A DNA stretch of 64,000 nucleotides, taken from NCBI RefSeq assembly GCF_963676685.1, contig NC_092351.1, positions 26,288,001 through 26,352,000 of the forward strand. Reading direction: 5' to 3'. Below, in pieces: positions 11,914 to 24,952 of this stretch (position 1 is the stretch's first letter; each line of letters begins with the position of its first letter). Under the pieces are notes generated by a model. That model was not told where the DNA came from, ran no database searches, and saw only the letters and a list, made by a program, of their open reading frames with translations. The DNA is from Mytilus edulis. Taxonomy: Eukaryota. Both the position numbers and the translations under genes were made by a program.

Positions 11914-13745
11914 AACTAGAGGCTCTAAAGAGCCTGTGTCGCTCACCTTGGTCTATGTGAATATTAAACAATGGACACAGATGGATTCATGACAAAATTG
12001 TGTTTTGGTGATGGTGATGTGTTTGTAGATCTTACTTTACTAAACATTCTTGCTGCTTACAATTATCTCTATCTATAACAGTACTTTCTGTGGAAAATGT
12101 TATTGAAAATCTTCAAATTTTAAGAAAATTGTTAAAAATTGACTATGAAGGGCAATAACTCCTTAGGGGGTCAATTGACTATTTTGGTCATACTGACTTA
12201 TTTTTAGTTCTTACTTTGCTGTACATTATTGTTGTTTACAGTTTATCTCTATCTATAATAATATTCAAGATAATAACAAAAAAACAGCAAAATTTCCTCA
12301 AAATTACCAATTCAGGGGCAGCAACCTAACAACCGATTATCCAATTCATCTGAAAATTACAGGGCAGATAGATCGTGACCCTAACAACCGATTATCCAAT
12401 TCATCTGAAAATTACAGGGCAGATAGATCGTGACCTGATCAACAATTTTACTTCCTGTCAGATTTGCTCTTAATGCTTTGGTTTTTGAGTCAGCCAAAAA
12501 CTGCATTTTACCCCCATGTTCTATTTTTAGCCATGGAGGCCATCTTGGTTTGTTGGCCGAGTTACCGGACACATTTTTTTTACTAGATACCCCAATGATG
12601 ATTATGGCTATGTTTGGTTAAATTTGGCCCAGTAGTTTCAGAGGAGAAGATTTTTCTAAAAGATTACTAAGATTTATGAAAAATGGTTAAAAATTGAGTA
12701 TAAAGGGCAATAACTCCTAAAGGGGTCAACTGACCATTTTGGTCATGTTGACTCATTTGTAGATCTTACTTTGCTGAACATTATTGCTGTTTACAGTTTA
12801 TCTCTATCTATAATAATATTCAAGATAATAACCAAAAACAGCAAAATTTCCTTAAAATTACCATTTCAGGGACAGCAACCCAACAACGAAATGTCCCATT
12901 CATCTAAAAATTCCAGGGCAGATACATCGTGACCTGATCAATAATTTTACTTCCTGTCAGATTTACTCTAAATGCTTTGGTTTTTGAGTTATAAGCCAAA
13001 AACTGCATTTTAACCCTATGTTCTATTTTTAGCCATGGCGGCCATCTTGGTTGGTTGGCCAAGTCACCGGACACATTTTTTAAACAAGATACCCCAATGA
13101 TGATTATGGCCAAGTTTGGTTAAATTTGGCACAGTAGTTTCAGAGGAAAAGATTTTTCTAAAAGATTACTAAGATTTACGAAAAATGGTTAAAAATTGAC
13201 TATAAAGGGAATAACTCCTAAAGTGGTCAACTGACCATTTCGATCATGTTGACTTATTTGTAGATCTTACTTTGCTGAACATTATTGCTGTTTACAGTTT
13301 ATCTCTATCTATAATAATATTCAAGATAATAACCAAAAACAGCAAAATTTCCTTAAAATTACTAATTCAGGGGCAGCAACCCAACAACGGGTTATCCGAT
13401 TCATCTGAAAATTTCAGGGCAGATAGATCTTCACCTGTTTAACAATTCTACCCCCATGTCAGATTTGCTCTAAATGCTTTGGTTTTTGAGTTATGAGCCA
13501 AAAACTGCATTTTACCCCTATGTTCTATTTTTAGCCATGGCGGCCATCTTGGATGGTTGCCCGGGCCACCGGACACATTTTTTAAACTAGATACCCCAAT
13601 GATGATTGTAGCCAAGTTTGGTTTAATTTGGCCCAGTAGTTTCAGAGGAGAAGATTTTTGTAAAAGTTAACGACGACGACGGACGACGATGGACGCCAAG
13701 TGATGAGAAAAGCTCACTTGGCCTTTTAGGCCAGATGAGCTAAAA
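11914..13745 (+). mobile_element. Helitron/Helentron-related (HINE-type) element with internal ~502-bp tandem array
   Basis: GCTCACCTTGG near the left end; terminal hairpin GCTCACTTGGCC-TTTTA-GGCCAGATGAGC; GAC microsatellite; CCATGG(C/A)GGCCATCTTGG recurs at ~12531, 13033 and 13535; extra 55-bp duplication at 12325/12380. Confidence 0.8.
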
Positions 13746-14166
13746 AAAGAAAATTTACTTACAAGAAGCAAGGTATAACAAGTTAATATCAATGGGTATT
13801 TAATATAACATTTAATATACTACAAAACACTTAATGGTGGCAAAAATGCATTTACCTTTAGACATAAAATAATCATCTAATAAAGGTCAACTAATTTTTA
13901 TACATAACAATTAAAAATATAAAATGGTTGTATCTATACTGTAGATTCAAAACACATATTTTTGTAATCTAACAAACAAAATTTGTTTCCAAATTTCAGC
14001 ATATAATTAAGTTATTTATTTTAAAAGAAAATTCCAATAAATATTTATTGTCTACAGTATATATAGAACTAAATGACAAAGTCTACAAATTAAAGTCCTA
14101 TAATGCACCCCAATAATTCTTTGAATATAGAATAAATATTTTAAAAATACCGTAATGAAACCTCAC

Positions 14167-14321
14167 CTCAACATAAGAGCCAGGAAACCATCCAAACTGG
14201 TCGTCATAGCAACCATACCACCATCCATTGTCCAATGTCTGACATACTATAATGGTGTCACCAATGTCAAATGACAAATCCGTCTCGTTTTCTGCAGCGT
14301 AGGGACAGACAGCTGTATGTT
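14167..14321 (-). CDS. Exon encoding SH3 domain 3
   Basis: HTAVCPYAAENETDLSFDIGDTIIV...GWWYG...FGWFPGSYVE; TTTACAG / GAG|GTGAGG, phase 1 to 0. Missed by the ORF track (<60 aa). Confidence 0.93.
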
Positions 14322-15694
14322 CTGTAAAGTAAATAGCATCACACTAAGAGCATTCTAAATATGCTTAATTCAAATCTAAACTTTACATCAAAGTATTAAT
14401 TTGAAGACAACATTATATTCTGGCAATTCTGCCTTTGTTAGTCATAAAATCCACATCAGGGCTGATATGAATAAAGCTACTTAAAAAGTGTTTTGAATGG
14501 ATAGAATTTTCTACATGTCCTACGATAAATTAGTGCAATGATTGGATATTTTAACTTCAGTAGTTTTATGCATATAAACACAGTATGTTAAGTAGAGAAT
14601 ATCTTAATAGGGATCATTTACAAATTATTTCTTAAATGAATAATATCAATTTAAAAATTTCTATAGGTTGGGTCATATTATGTACTTAGACAATATACGT
14701 ATAGTGTCTTGAAATATGAAATTTATTTGTATGAGGCTAAGAAACAGGGGGAAATGCAAGGTTGTACCGAGCATTTCCCTGTTTCCTATATTGTCTTTAT
14801 ACTGAAATCGATAAAAAAAAAAGCACATAAAATAATATGTAACAAATTTATTGTTAAAAAAAGTGTTTTGAATTTCCCTCTTGGGGTATCATTTTGGGTA
14901 TTTCCCTGTAAGCGTAGTAACTCTGAAGGCCAGGCGGTAAGACTTTGACATTTTAAGAAATTAGAAAGAGAAAATGAAATTAATTAATAACATTTAATAA
15001 ACATGGTATGTAAATTACCAATTTGAAGACATAAGTTTAAATTTATAAAAGTTTGACAATTGTTACTACACGTTGTCATGGTTGTGACGTGACATTGTTG
15101 ATGAAATACAGTAGTTCGGGTAAGTAGGCGGGGCTAATAGGTTAGTTGAGGTCATTGACGTATAAAGCTATCATTTATACGTATAGCTTTATCTGTATAG
15201 TAAAAAAGCTGATTGCAGTATAAATAAGAATATAAACAGATGCTTTGAACATGTCAAGCTGGCACAAGTACCTTTCAGTTTGAGGTCCAGTTTTCAAGAA
15301 AATATTTAAATGATGTCAAAATCTATGTGTAAAGTGTCTTACAAAGAATTCTTCTGGTTTTAAAAATGATATAAATCTATGGTACTGTATAACAAATATT
15401 TTAGAAGAAATATTCAGTCACTTATTTCAACAACTCAAAATTTTCCCATAAATAGCCATACTTTCAGAAACAGATTATTCCAATGGCAACAACATGTCCC
15501 CTTTACTTGTTAATTTCTGTGTCAGTTGGTCTCTTGTGGAGTGTTGTCTCATTGACAATAATACCACATCTCCTTATTTTTATATTTATTTCATTTTATA
15601 ATGCCTATCAATTAGCATTTTAATTCCTCCTTTCACTGATATCTTCCCAACAATATGGTAAAACTAATTATCCATCTTAAAAGTACAACCTTAC

Positions 15695-15791
15695 CCACTC
15701 CAATATATTCAGCTGTACTCAGATCATTGTTACAGACTGGTAGTTGATCATATACGCTCTGTTTGTCTTTATAACCCAATGGTTCTTCATT
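15695..15791 (-). CDS. Linker exon with Tyr motifs (NEEPLGYKDKQSVYDQLP...AEYIGV)
   Basis: GTACAG / GTGG|GTAAGG, phase 0 to 1. Confidence 0.82.
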
Positions 15792-16845
15792 CTGTACAAT
15801 ATATAAATGAACTACAATCAGAAGCAGTAGGAGAAACAACAAAACTTCACAATAAATTTTGGTTACTCTGAACTAGTCCTAGAGTGAGGGTTAACACGAT
15901 GAAGGTTCACTTTTGTGTCAAAGATGTGTACCTCTGATTGAAGTGTAATGTGAATAAGGAAACAGCTGATACAAGGTTCATCTGCTAGACAAGAAGGTTT
16001 ATCAAGGGAACAAATGATAAAAATATTATCTTTATGAAGAGGAACAAATAATGTGGGGAGGTTTATCTGTCTGACAAGAAAACAAATGATATAATGTTTA
16101 TTTGCTTGATAAAAGAATAATTACGTTTTGTAGAAGGAAATTGCTACTTGAAGACTGAGTCAGAAATTTACTGTTTTCTATAGGGCAAGATCTGACATCC
16201 AATGGCCAGAGTCAGATACTAGAGCTATCTAAGACTTATATAGAACATAGCATGACTTATTGTTTCCTTGTGGATGTGGTTCATCTTTTTGATGTTAGGG
16301 TTATTGTCTACAGATTATTGTTGAAGTTTTTTGTATAAATCTATATATACTATAAACCAAAACTTGTATAATAATTGTTTATGCTGCATGTACTGTTTTT
16401 TTCTTCTTCAATTTCATAAGAGATATGATTTTTAATAATGGACATTGACCCAACAATTACTACTGTGAATTGATTTTCCTTTGAGAGATACCAATTTTGT
16501 TGATTTCATGTGAAAAAGTTAACCACAAATTTAAATGTTTTTAATAATGAGGTGTAAAATTTTAACTTTTAATGTACCATTGAGGTCAAATAGCCACAAA
16601 AATAAAAGTTTTCCCCACTCACTTAAAAAATTGGTACCCAGAAAATAAATGAATCCAGTTGTAATAAAATTATCAATGCTTTCAAAAACGGGTATTGCAA
16701 TACAATTATTTACAAGATGGCTATAATGTGGTACTTGTATTGACGTGACCTGCAGTAAAGCTGATCTAATATTTGTGAAAGTTTTACGACTAGTACTTTA
16801 TCTAAGTACAGTAAAAGTTTTACGCCTAGTACTTTATCTAAATAC

Positions 16846-17027
16846 CTGTGAGATTTCTTGTACATATATAGCAGGGAACATTCCAATTTCTTCAGATTTG
16901 TTCTTCCTTCCTTTCATCCAGCCATTCATATCTCTCTCAATACCAATAACAACATCCCCCACATCTAACTGAAGTTCGTTGGAGAAGTTTGGCTCATGGC
17001 TATATAACGCATAAAAACTTCTTCCTC
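16846..17027 (-). CDS. Exon encoding SH3 domain 2
   Basis: FYALYSHEPNFSNELQLDVGDVV...GWMKG...GMFPAIYVQ; TTTGCAG / CAG|GTATTT, phase 1 to 0. Confidence 0.93.
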
Positions 17028-17133
17028 CTGCAAAATACATAGTATTTTTATCACATTTAATATATAAGTAAGATGAACCTGAATATATTCATACTTGTTA
17101 CCCGAATGGGAAATGGAAAAGAAATTACATAGT

Positions 17134-20100
17134 ATTATTGCGAACCCTATCATAGTTTTCCATAGATTCACCTGCAAGTTACCTGTCCATTTAAACTTTT
17201 GTAAGTTCTATTGTCCCATTGAACAAGTACAACAGGTATTGTTCTCTGTATAGTTTATTTGATGGGACCTTTAAATTTCTTCCAAGAGAATTCTATCACT
17301 CATTGATTAATTTACCTGAGTAAAAAAAAATTCTTCCAAATAAATGAAAATACACTTGTAATTGTTCAATATACCCTGGTTGTTGTTTTGTATTCTTCAT
17401 TCAAAACTGAGGTTTTGTTATGTTTTCATGAAAGGATGTCAATAGTGTATTTATTAGGACAGAAATCAATATAATAGATGCCCAAGGTGTATGAATGTTT
17501 GTTTTTTGTTTATTTTTCAAATTCTGTAAACCAACTTATTTTCACAAATAGTTATTCATCTGAACTTATTCCTTTTATGTTGATTTCTCAGCTATTTATT
17601 TGAATAGATTAATAATTTTCTTGCTGTTTTTATGTAAGGGAAGACCAAAAAGTAACATTTGTACAATGATTTATTTGTACTCTTATTTTTATAAAATCAC
17701 TGTTATGTTACTTTTGACCATACAAGAACTGCAATATGTGATGCAGTTATAGATGGAATAACGCTTGAAAAATCTGAGAACATTTTTAAACACTGTGGAT
17801 ATATTCATTAAAATTACCTCCCCTGGTTATAGTTGAGTCTGACTGTTCATGTATTATGTAGTTCTTTTGATTCATACAAAGTGCAAATTTTGCGTTGGAT
17901 ACATTATTTACACATTACATTAAAGGGAAATTCCGCGATTTTTTACTTATCATCTAATTATGTTCATCTCAACATAAAAAACACATTTGCAAAGTTTTAA
18001 ATTTATATTCCTTCTAATAACGGGGAAAATCAAGTATTTGTAACTTTTTTGGTTGAATTCTCGAGTGGGTCGTGACGTATTAGCCCGATTTATTGAATTC
18101 TGGGAAAAAATAAAATCTGTTTAACTCTTATAGCTTATCGACAATATACGTAATTAAAAGCGCACAGCTGACGAATGGTCGAAGTTATTAACCACAATAT
18201 AAGAATGAACGAAAATGAATATGCATATACCGTTTTGTATTGATTGAATTAAACTCCTATAAAATTATCTCTAGTAAATGTTTTTGAATAAATTTAATTA
18301 ATTATTGTTGAGATTTTTTTCATAAAATATTTATTATACATTTTTACTGATATTGAACTGAAAATATTTCAGTTCTATTTACCGTTATTGTTTTGATAAT
18401 CATTTCAATGCAACTAATGTGTGAGCAGAGTGTGTATATTATTTTGTAAAGGTCACTGTATATTTCTCGGCTTGAGGTCAATTCGTTTACCTTGTAGCTA
18501 TTTAGCCGCAGGTGTGAGTTCAAGCGTACACAGGTATAAATGTTGTTATTTGGAAAGGATAAACAGAAAGGATTAGAAAGAGTATGCTGTCACGATGTTA
18601 ATACACTAAGATTTAATACACGATGAGAATAAAGATACAATAATTAAATTGTGTAAATTAATTGAAAATAAAATTCAGATTCGTAATTCCGAAAGTGTAT
18701 AAAAATAAAAGGAAACAATTTTTGATTACTTTCTTAGCGGCAATTGGCGTAAAGATTCAAATATGAAGCAAAAAATAGTAGTTTTAATCTTTTATAAAAA
18801 CTAAATGCAATATTACCCAATTTGATATACCATTGTACATCTGTTTGATATCATTGACTTTACCGGAATTTCTTAACTTGTATTCAAATCTGGCTGTGTT
18901 TAAATGCTAATAAAACTATTGCAATTTTAAAGTTTTTAATTGACAAAAAAATACAACATACAACATGCATGATTTTTTTTTAGTTTCTTTTTAACATTTT
19001 ATTCTTACATAATTAAATTCATTTGACAATCATTTACACGAACTTTTTGTGAAAAGATTACTAATTATCTAAGCTAAGGCATTATATCTTTTGAGGATTT
19101 TTGAGGATTTTTTTTTAAAATTCTATGATAATATTTGTGCAATGTTGAACATGATAGCCGTCATTAATCCAAATAAGTAATACAGTAGTTGTAATAAAAG
19201 TTATACTTTAGTCATGCATTACAGATATTGACGAATTTATAATAGTTCGTTCATACATCGTTGTTCATGAAACAATCATTATTAGTATACATGTAAGTTT
19301 CCTGACGTATAAGAGCCATTGAGGATGAGCTCCAGAGAAATCAGACTAGTTGCGTTTCGTTCGTTTGTTTGTTGGGAAAGGAGAGGAAATGCAACCGCTT
19401 GTACAGATAAACGACAGAATTACCATACAAGCATTTATAGTCAACACAATCAGAAAGAGTTCCCATCGTTAGACGGGGAATATGAAGGCTTCCAAGAATG
19501 AACAAGTGACATGTCTAACTATGAACAGTTAGAAAACAGACTATCGACATCGACCGCTTGTTCTTAATATTTGAAACTGTATGCATATATATACGTATAC
19601 GTGTATGATATATATAGTGATGAGTTCTTGCGTCTGACAAAAACTAAATTCCTTCATGGTTATATCTTGCCATACGTTTATATTGGTTTGTAAGGTGATT
19701 ACTCACAATCGTTATTTGAAAATCCTGTTTGTGAGATGTAGATTCCTTTCAATACAGAAATTTCGTCTATATATTTCACAAGTGTATAACACGGAGAAGC
19801 TCTGAAGGTCCATTACTCCCATTTTGTTTGGGTGTGAACCATCGATGTTTACAGCAATATCACAGAATAAGATGATGATGGTAGAAAGAACTATGGGCGT
19901 CATGTGGCAAATATTACATGCATATCGGACAATGAGTTGTCAATCTGTATGAAAAGATTTCCAATACAACCATATTATTGAGAAGGAATGTTTACATGCT
20001 ATACTCTCGTACAAGTATTACAGGGTTCTTTTGGCGTTCACCTTAGACACACATCTTTTTAACGATGTTTTAAAAAAAGACAGAACCAATTTAATGTCAT

Positions 20101-22162
20101 ATTTCCCTATTTTTTAAATATAACCAAAAATACCCCTATTTAGCGAACAAGTAATTTATTCTTTTTTCTGTTATTGAATACCAAGAAAGAAAATAAATCC
20201 CGAAATTAAGTTGAAACTTTGATACTCAAAAGTTTCCCAGCAAAATATTCACATTCCCTGGGGATAATTAGTGTTCGTCCAGTGGCATATATAACAATTG
20301 TGATGACGAATTACTTCCTTTGTTCGAGAACAATCTTATTGAAATATAAATCTGTGATTTTACTAGGTCCACAGCTTCAATGAACCAAAGCAAAAGTTAT
20401 ACATCGACCTGTATTTAAATCAAATTGGTTCTCTTCTTCTTCTGGTATACAATAGTCTATCGACATTCGATGATTACATACTGTTGGCATACGTGGACTA
20501 GTCTATTTACAACACTTTTACCCCTATTTATTCAAAATATATGTTTTTTTCTTATGTTTAATGTATACATGTATATATTTTAAATTGCGCTATAGTTCCG
20601 TAACTTTCTATCCAGTCGTATAAACGAATCGTCGGCAAGTGCGTACATTTTTTTAAATCAATATTTCTGGTCTGTTCCAATCTGTCCTTCACTATTGACA
20701 ATAACTATATATTACATTTTCCCAAATTCACCCTTGGAAAAAATATTTAAATAGATTTTAATTTCATCAAATCTTATTTTTTGGGTATTATTTATATATG
20801 TTTATGAATTATATTCTTTACACCAGAAATGTTATTTATAAACAAGCGTATGAGTTTAGTAATGACAAGTAAGACAGAGTTGTATATTATTCATCTGATA
20901 GTTCAAAATGGAAAGTTATAAGTTATTAGTTATCAGCCGTGTACACTGATCAATACCTGCAGAAGTGAAACGATGCATGAACTTGCAAGCCCGACAGGAA
21001 ATCGCTTGAATACCTGGACGTGTCACCTCACATCCGTCACAATACCTTTGGAAGTAATACCTTTAGCCATGCTGGTGATCTGATGAGGGAAGATCAAAAT
21101 ATATTTGTTTATTACTTTAAAGAATTATGAACAAATTAGATTTTCGAAAACAATTTTCACTGAACACTTATTTATGATTTCAACTTTGACTTTTCACCTA
21201 ATTCCAATATCAACAGTTTAAAAACAACAGACCATGGTAATTTAAAAAAAGTAAGAATATTTTTCGTATCAAGTTAGTTAGTCGGATAAAACAACCGTAC
21301 GATTGACAAGATATCGACACGCAATTACGACTACATCGGTTACTGTAGTTTTGTTTCTTTGTGGTTTATAGACATATCGTTTTTATTAATCGGGAAAGAA
21401 GACAAAATGGCGGATCGCAGAGAATTGATACTCTAAATTTAAAATCGATGGTGATCGCTTATCTAGCGGAATAAAACTTTAATATCTATGAATTTGAGCA
21501 TTTTTATACAGAATGAACATAATATCAATTTTTGATTTTTTTGCGAAGTTTCCCTTTAATTTAGATAAAAAAAATATTTTAAGAATTACATGATTAATTT
21601 GATTAAAAAAACGCTTTAGTTTTGCATCTTGAATAATTTTGAAATCTTGAAAATGACTTTGAAATTTATTTTGCAAACTAACTTAACTAAATAATAGCAA
21701 TGCACACATGGCTGAGATTCATTTTACTATCATAAATACTGAAGTATGAACAAACTAATCCCCCCTTAGACAAGCTAACCCTCCTATAGGTTATAAGGTT
21801 AATTATACAAAAGTTTGATCAGAAATCAACTTTTAATTTTTGAATCATTGTTTATATTGAAACTATTAAAAATGTATTATTGATATTGAATAAATACAAT
21901 GCCACATGCAGTTTTGCAGGAGTTCTTATTTATTATTTGTACATGTATATTTATCATTGACAGTTCAATTTTTTGTTCAGGTAAATTAATCAATGAGTGA
22001 TAGATTTTTCTTGGAAGAAATTTAAAGGTCCCATCAAATAAACTATACAGAGAACAATACCTGTTGTATTTGTTCAATGAGACAATAGAACTTACAAAAG
22101 TTTAAATGGACAGGTAACTTGCAGGTGAATCTCTGGAAAACTATGATAGGGTTCGCAATAAT
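17134..22162. repeat. ~186-bp inverted repeat pair (17134-17319 / 21977-22162)
   Basis: Near-identical reverse complements, e.g. ATTATTGCGAACCCTATCATAG vs CTATGATAGGGTTCGCAATAAT. Confidence 0.92.
17924..21555. mobile_element. Kolobok-like non-autonomous DNA transposon (~3.6 kb)
   Basis: TTAA TSD at 17920-17923 and 21556-21559; short imperfect TIRs AGGGAAATTCCGCGA / AGGGAAACTTCGCAA; CpG-rich interior. Confidence 0.75.
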
Positions 22163-22559
22163 TAATGACACAAAATGAAAACACACATCTGAAAAAAATT
22201 AAAATAAAGGAACGATTTGATTGCTGTTCTTTATCTGACATTTTCTGTCATGGCCTTTCCATAGCAAGGAATATTTTGAATTGTTAAGGAAGATGCACAG
22301 CTTCATTCTTCAAGTGTCTATCTTAAGTCGGGAGTCTGTGGACCATTGGTTGTCGTTGATTTCTGTCATATTTGTTATTCTTTTATTGTTTTGTCATAAA
22401 TCAAGCTGTTGACTATCTCCTTTAATTTTTTCACATTTTGTTTTCTAGATGTATATGCACTATGGGGTTTGCTCATTGCTGAGAACTAAAAGATAACTTA
22501 GAGTTGCTTGCAATCCTGTCATTTGGACTCGTACCATATCTTAATTTGTATACCAGTAT

Positions 22560-24170
22560 CGGTTGACATTTTCCATGATGACTATTGCTATGACTATGAG
22601 GAATATGATATGGTAAAAAGTTAAGTTTTTACTTTAAAAACAAAATGATATGGTAAGGTTAGGTTACTAGTTGACTAACCACCAACCTTGCCTTAGATTG
22701 ATTGATTGTTGGTGCTTAATCTTGTCTTAGACAACCTTTCTATAATTAGACCAAAATTGTATGGTTAATTACGGTTACTTGTTGACTTACCTATGAATTC
22801 CGTATGACCGGGCAATGACTAGCAAGAAATGACTTGGTAAAGTAAGTCTACTAGTTGACTTACCTACATTTTCTGTGACCTTGAGGAATATGACTTGGTG
22901 AGGTAGGTTGATTTTTTGACTTACCTACATTTTCTGTGACCTTGAGGAATATGACTTGGTGAGGTAGGTGGATTTTTTGACTTACCTACATTTTCTGTGA
23001 CCTTGAGGAATGACCTTAATGACCTTGCCATAACTATGACGAATATGACTTGGTGAGGTAGGTTTGCTAGTTGACTTACCCACATTTTCTGAGATGACCT
23101 TGCCAAAACTATGAGGAATATGACTTGGTGAGGTAGGTTTACTAGTTGACTTACCTACATTTTCTGTAATGACCTTGTCGTAACTATGATGAATATGAGG
23201 TAGGTTTGCTTTTGACTAACCTACACTTTCTGAAATGACCTTGCTAAAACTATGAGAAATATGAAGTTGACTAGTTGACTTACATACATTCTTGATGACC
23301 TTGCCAAAACTATAAGAAGTATGACTTGGTGAGGTAGGTTGACTATTTGACTTACCTATATTTTCTGTGATGACCTTGCCATAACTATGAAGAATATGAC
23401 TTGGTGAGTGATAGATTGACTAGTTGACTTATCTGCATTTCTGTGATGACCTTGCCATGACTAGGAGGAATATTACTTCGTGAAGACGGTTGACTAGTTG
23501 ACTTACCTACATTTTCTGCAATGACCTTGCCTTAACTACGATTAATATGACTTGGCAAGGTAGGTTGACCAGTTGACTTACCTACATTTTCTGTAATGTC
23601 TACTAATGACCTTGCCGTAACTATGATGAATATGACTTGATGAGGTAGGTTTGCTAGTTGACTTATCTTCATTTTCTGAGATGACCTTGCCATGACTAGG
23701 AGGAATATGACTTGGTGAGGTAGGTATATTAGTTGACTTACCTACATTTTCTGTGATGATCCTGCCATTACTACCAGGAATATGACTTGGTGAGGTAGGT
23801 TTGCTAGTTGACTTACCCACATTTTCTGAAATGACCTTGCCAAAACTATGAGGAATATGAAGTTGACCAGTTGACTTACATACATTCTGTAATGACCTTG
23901 CAAAAACTATGAGAAATATGAATTGATGAGGTAGGTTGACTATTTGACTTACCTAGATTTTCTGTGATGACCTTGCAATAACTATGAAGAATATGACTTG
24001 GTAAGTAATTGATTGACTAGTTGACTTACCTACATTTTCTGTGATGACCTTGCCATGACTAGGAGGAATATTACTTCATGAGGACGGTTGACTACTTGAC
24101 TTACCTACATTTTCTGTAATAACCTTGCCAAAACTATGAGGAATATGACTTGGTGAGGTAGGTTTACTTG
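22560..24170 (-). repeat. ~75-bp tandem array (~20 units) derived from the exon 3' end plus donor site
   Basis: Unit ...CCTACCTCACCAAGTCATATTCCTCATAG..GGCAAGGTCAT.ACAGAAAATGTAG|GTAAGTCAACTAG on the minus strand; donors 75 bp apart (24104/24029). Confidence 0.95.
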
Positions 24171-24240
24171 CTGGTGGACTTTGAAATGGCGATGATGTAG
24201 GTGTCGGAACTTTTGGTATAGATACTTCCTTCCCTAAAGC
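24105..24240 (-). CDS. Pro/Ser-rich linker exon (ALGKEVSIPKVPTPTSSPFQSPPASKPTSPSHIPHSFGKVITENV)
   Basis: TTTTAG acceptor at 24241, GTAG|GTAAGT donor at 24104, phase 0 to 1 matching the SH3-2 exon. Confidence 0.8.
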
Positions 24241-24539
24241 CTAAAATATCAAAACATATAAGACTTTCTGTGATAGTAATTCAGCTACAAAAAGTTAAAA
24301 TCAACATTGCAGGAGCATCAATTCCAATTTTAACCAGTATTCTTTTCTTATTGCTAGAGTTTCCAATATATAAGCCAAAAACTGCAACTAAGACTCCTAT
24401 ATTCTATTTTTAGCCATGATGGCAGTGTAAGATGATATAGACATCCTATAGATATAACAGGCAAACTTTGATTCCACTGTAAAAGTTTTTTAAATAAAAG
24501 TGTACAGCCATGGGTTGTCAGAAGAATGACAATAACTTA

Positions 24540-24751
24540 CTGTGAATTCATTTAATTGCGTGGGTACCAATTTTTGTGGATTAAGGAAAACTTGCATGTT
24601 TGGTGATATATATCTAATTTTGTGGTTCTACCAAAACCTGCATACAAACCTACAGAAAATTTGTCATTCGTTTGACATTTAATTTTGTGGTTCACCTGTA
24701 CCCACAAAATCCACAGAAATGTGTATCCAACAAATAATAATGAATCCACAG
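24540..24751. mobile_element. TA-flanked MITE (Tc1/mariner-like); further copies at 46520-46729 and ~16460-16660
   Basis: TA|CTGTG(A/G)ATTCA ... TGAATCCACAG|TA terminal inverted repeats. Confidence 0.8.
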
Positions 24752-24815
24752 TACATAGCACTTCTGGCCAGGTGGGCCAAAAAAATATTAGATCATAAAA
24801 GTTTATCTATGTTAC

Positions 24816-24952
24816 CTTTTTATCGTATGAGAAGACTGGTGCACTGTTTCTGTTCAGGGAAGATTTGGCTAGCTTTGGTGTTAGATCCTGGTTCTTTAGG
24901 AAGGAACTGACAGGAGAGTGTCCATTAGGTAAATGAAGGTTAGATGTGTACA
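24816..24952 (-). CDS. Linker exon (VYTSNLHLPNG...FSYDKK)
   Basis: TTTACAG / AAG|GTAACA, phase 1 to 0, open frame. Confidence 0.8.

Noticed and set aside
12381-13113. Two similar ORFs (PRWPPWLKIEH)
   Set aside because: Reverse-strand translations of the Helitron-type tandem unit.
22921-23820. ORFs in the 75-bp array as additional long coding exons
   Set aside because: In-frame stop in the first downstream unit and frameshifts; no good acceptors.
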